This document shows positions 62,258 to 64,000 of a stretch of DNA of 64,000 nucleotides, one piece after another. The notes below the pieces were generated by a model. That model had not been told where the DNA came from. It did not search any database and saw only the letters and a program-made list of their open reading frames with translations. Numbering within the stretch: position 1 is the first letter of the stretch; each line of letters begins with the position of its first letter. A program made the translations under genes and the position numbers. The stretch comes from Scyliorhinus canicula (Eukaryota): assembly GCF_902713615.1 (NCBI RefSeq), contig NW_024055751.1, positions 62,001 through 126,000 of the forward strand, given 5' to 3'.

Positions 62258-62765
62258 ATGAAGCTGAGCTTCACTTTAGTGATTATCTCCCTGAATTTCT
62301 TACTCTTCTCTCCGTGTGAGTGTGATCACTGTATCTGGCGGAATATTTCACACATCAGATCTGTCATGCTGTACTAATCGTAACATACAGTTTCCTCTAT
62401 TGTATATCTTGCTATGTCATGTTGTATTTGATTGTGCTATATCATATTCTCGCGGTATGTGTGATATTAAATTATTCATGTTATTTTACATCTCAGATGC
62501 TGCTGGCAGTGAAGAAGTATCACAGTCTCCAGAGTCAATCGTTGTTACCGAGGGGGATGTTGCATCCTTGGCCTGTTCCACCACAGTAGCAGGAATGATC
62601 CTACAATGGTACAAATACCCGGATGGAACCATGCAGCACCTGGCGAGCGGTACCAGTGCTCAGGGCCGGATCACAGCTCGGTTCATTTCAGCAGAGAAAC
62701 ACAGCTCTCTGAATGTTAGTGACGTTCGAGTGACAGACACCGCCACCTATCTCTGTGCAGTGAGG
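62258..62765 (+). CDS. Intact TCR alpha-like V gene segment (leader 62258-62315, intron 62316-62496, V exon 62497-62765)
   Basis: MKLSFTLVIISLNFLLFSP|YAAGSEEVSQSPESIVVTEGDVASLACS..LQWYKY..GRITARFISAEKHSSLNVSDVRVTDTATYLCAVR. Confidence 0.93.
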
Positions 62766-62804
62766 CACAGTGAACTGAAAACCATTCAGCGCCGTACAAA
62801 AACC
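62766..62804 (+). promoter_or_regulatory. Consensus 23-RSS
   Basis: CACAGTG 62766-62772, 23-nt spacer, ACAAAAACC 62796-62804. Confidence 0.97.
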
Positions 62805-62995
62805 TGACGGGTGATTCTGAAAGTGTGCAGCCTGTGCGGTTATCCGAGAGCAAGGATGTTAGTAACACTGTTCCGTGGATATGCCGCAATGAGTGAGGTC
62901 TGTTCATGATTTGGGGTTGCTCTTTCATATCAGAAAAGAAGGGCCATAATCCATTTAAATTCATTTTATTTATTTAGAAGTCACAACCAGAGAAC

Positions 62996-63530
62996 ACGGG
63001 TTCCATGGTGCTTCAAGATAATAATCATTGTGCCGTTCGGCGAGCCAATATTCAGAGGCCGTTGTCTATTTCTTGTTTTAAATCAAATTCCAGACTGAGA
63101 CACATTCCAGTTTTGTTACAGGGATGAGTGATGCACAATCAGTCTCCCAGGATCCGTCCGAATTGAAGGCTCTAGAAAGACAGTTCAGTTATAATCACTC
63201 CATATCCAAGAGCTTTCTCTGCCTATGTAGGCCGGTCAATATTACGGGATAACTGCGAGATATTTACTGAGGAGGTATCGGCTGAGACATTGTGCTATGT
63301 CACAAGATTTCTCACATCGGTTGGTTTGAACAAGGATAAAAACAACAGTGCAAATGTTTGATTAACAAACCTGCCAATGTTTGTTCCCCGTGGGCCTGGG
63401 ATGGAATTAACCTGGCTGATCAAGGTGCTAAAAAAGACTACACAAATACTCGCGGAGGAGTTTTTTGCGGGTTCTTGGTTTTTATCTGATGCTGTGTTTC
63501 ACTGCACAGGAAAAGACCACCACACTTAGG
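62996..63530 (+). pseudogene. TCR V pseudogene related to the 59.9 kb V
   Basis: Acceptor at 63121, then GMSDAQSVSQDPSELKALERQ (compare SVSQDRSEITVLEGQ); decayed leader (ATG to ACG, donor GT to GC); frameshifts; ends SDAVFHC. Confidence 0.6.
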
Positions 63531-64000
63531 CCGCTTATTTAATGAGCAACGGGCAGATGTTGTCTTCAGATTCCATCTTTTTACAGTTTTTACAGCCTTA
63601 CTACTTCATTAATAATCCAGTTTGGACACTGCTCGTTTCTGTCCATATCAGTGGATGATTCTTATTACCTGGGTTATATATTTGCAATCCATCCCTTCAA
63701 ACACAACTACTGTCACCGGAAACTGGGTCTGCAAGTAGTCCGCCTGTGAAAGAAGAGGATCTAAAGAGCAGAAGGTTAAACAGGATCAAGGTATTATCCT
63801 CTATCTAACTGTATGAGTCTGTGTAAATTCCCATCAATCTGTTAAACTGTCTTGATGAGCAAAATCCAGTACTCAATGTGCAAGATCCCCGCCAGTATTA
63901 TTAGAAACATGTCTGCCTGGATCTCTCAGTGAATGGGTATGGAATGACTCAGAGATTGAGAGGAGAGGGAATCCGAGCTCTGTTCAGCTCAATGTCCCAC

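Noticed and set aside
63860-63915. VLNVQDPRQYY* resembling a V FR3 end
   Set aside because: Too short and degenerate, no RSS; cannot be supported without alignment.

Overview
Eukaryotic genomic DNA from a cartilaginous fish. The V-SINE/HE1-type SINE subfamilies, CR1 and L1 LINEs and Penelope relics suggest a catshark-like species (inference). The window has three zones. (1) 6.5-38.4 kb: five effector-less C2H2 zinc-finger loci. Two have intact ORFs and three are pseudogenes; four form two head-to-head pairs around CpG/NRF1/YY1 promoters. (2) A degenerate amplicon of tRNA-Val plus flank with a Penelope relic, scattered at 1.7-6.3, 45.9-47.3 and 51.5-57.4 kb, and a tRNA cluster at 48-56.6 kb (Asn, Pro, Val, His, Arg). 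(3) T-cell-receptor alpha/delta-like V segments on the + strand: two intact leader+V+RSS genes (59.9 and 62.3 kb) and several V pseudogenes, one inside an inverted tRNA duplication. The most unusual signals are: tRNA-Pro genes with an 18-nt insertion exactly at the canonical 37/38 intron position (two different intron sequences, all copies here degenerate); a tRNA-Pro+SINE composite inserted into a CR1 with a target-site duplication (TSD); and a CTCF-like motif just 3' of a V RSS. Everything was read by eye. Repeat boundaries are approximate (tens of bp); tRNA, V-exon and RSS coordinates were counted directly.
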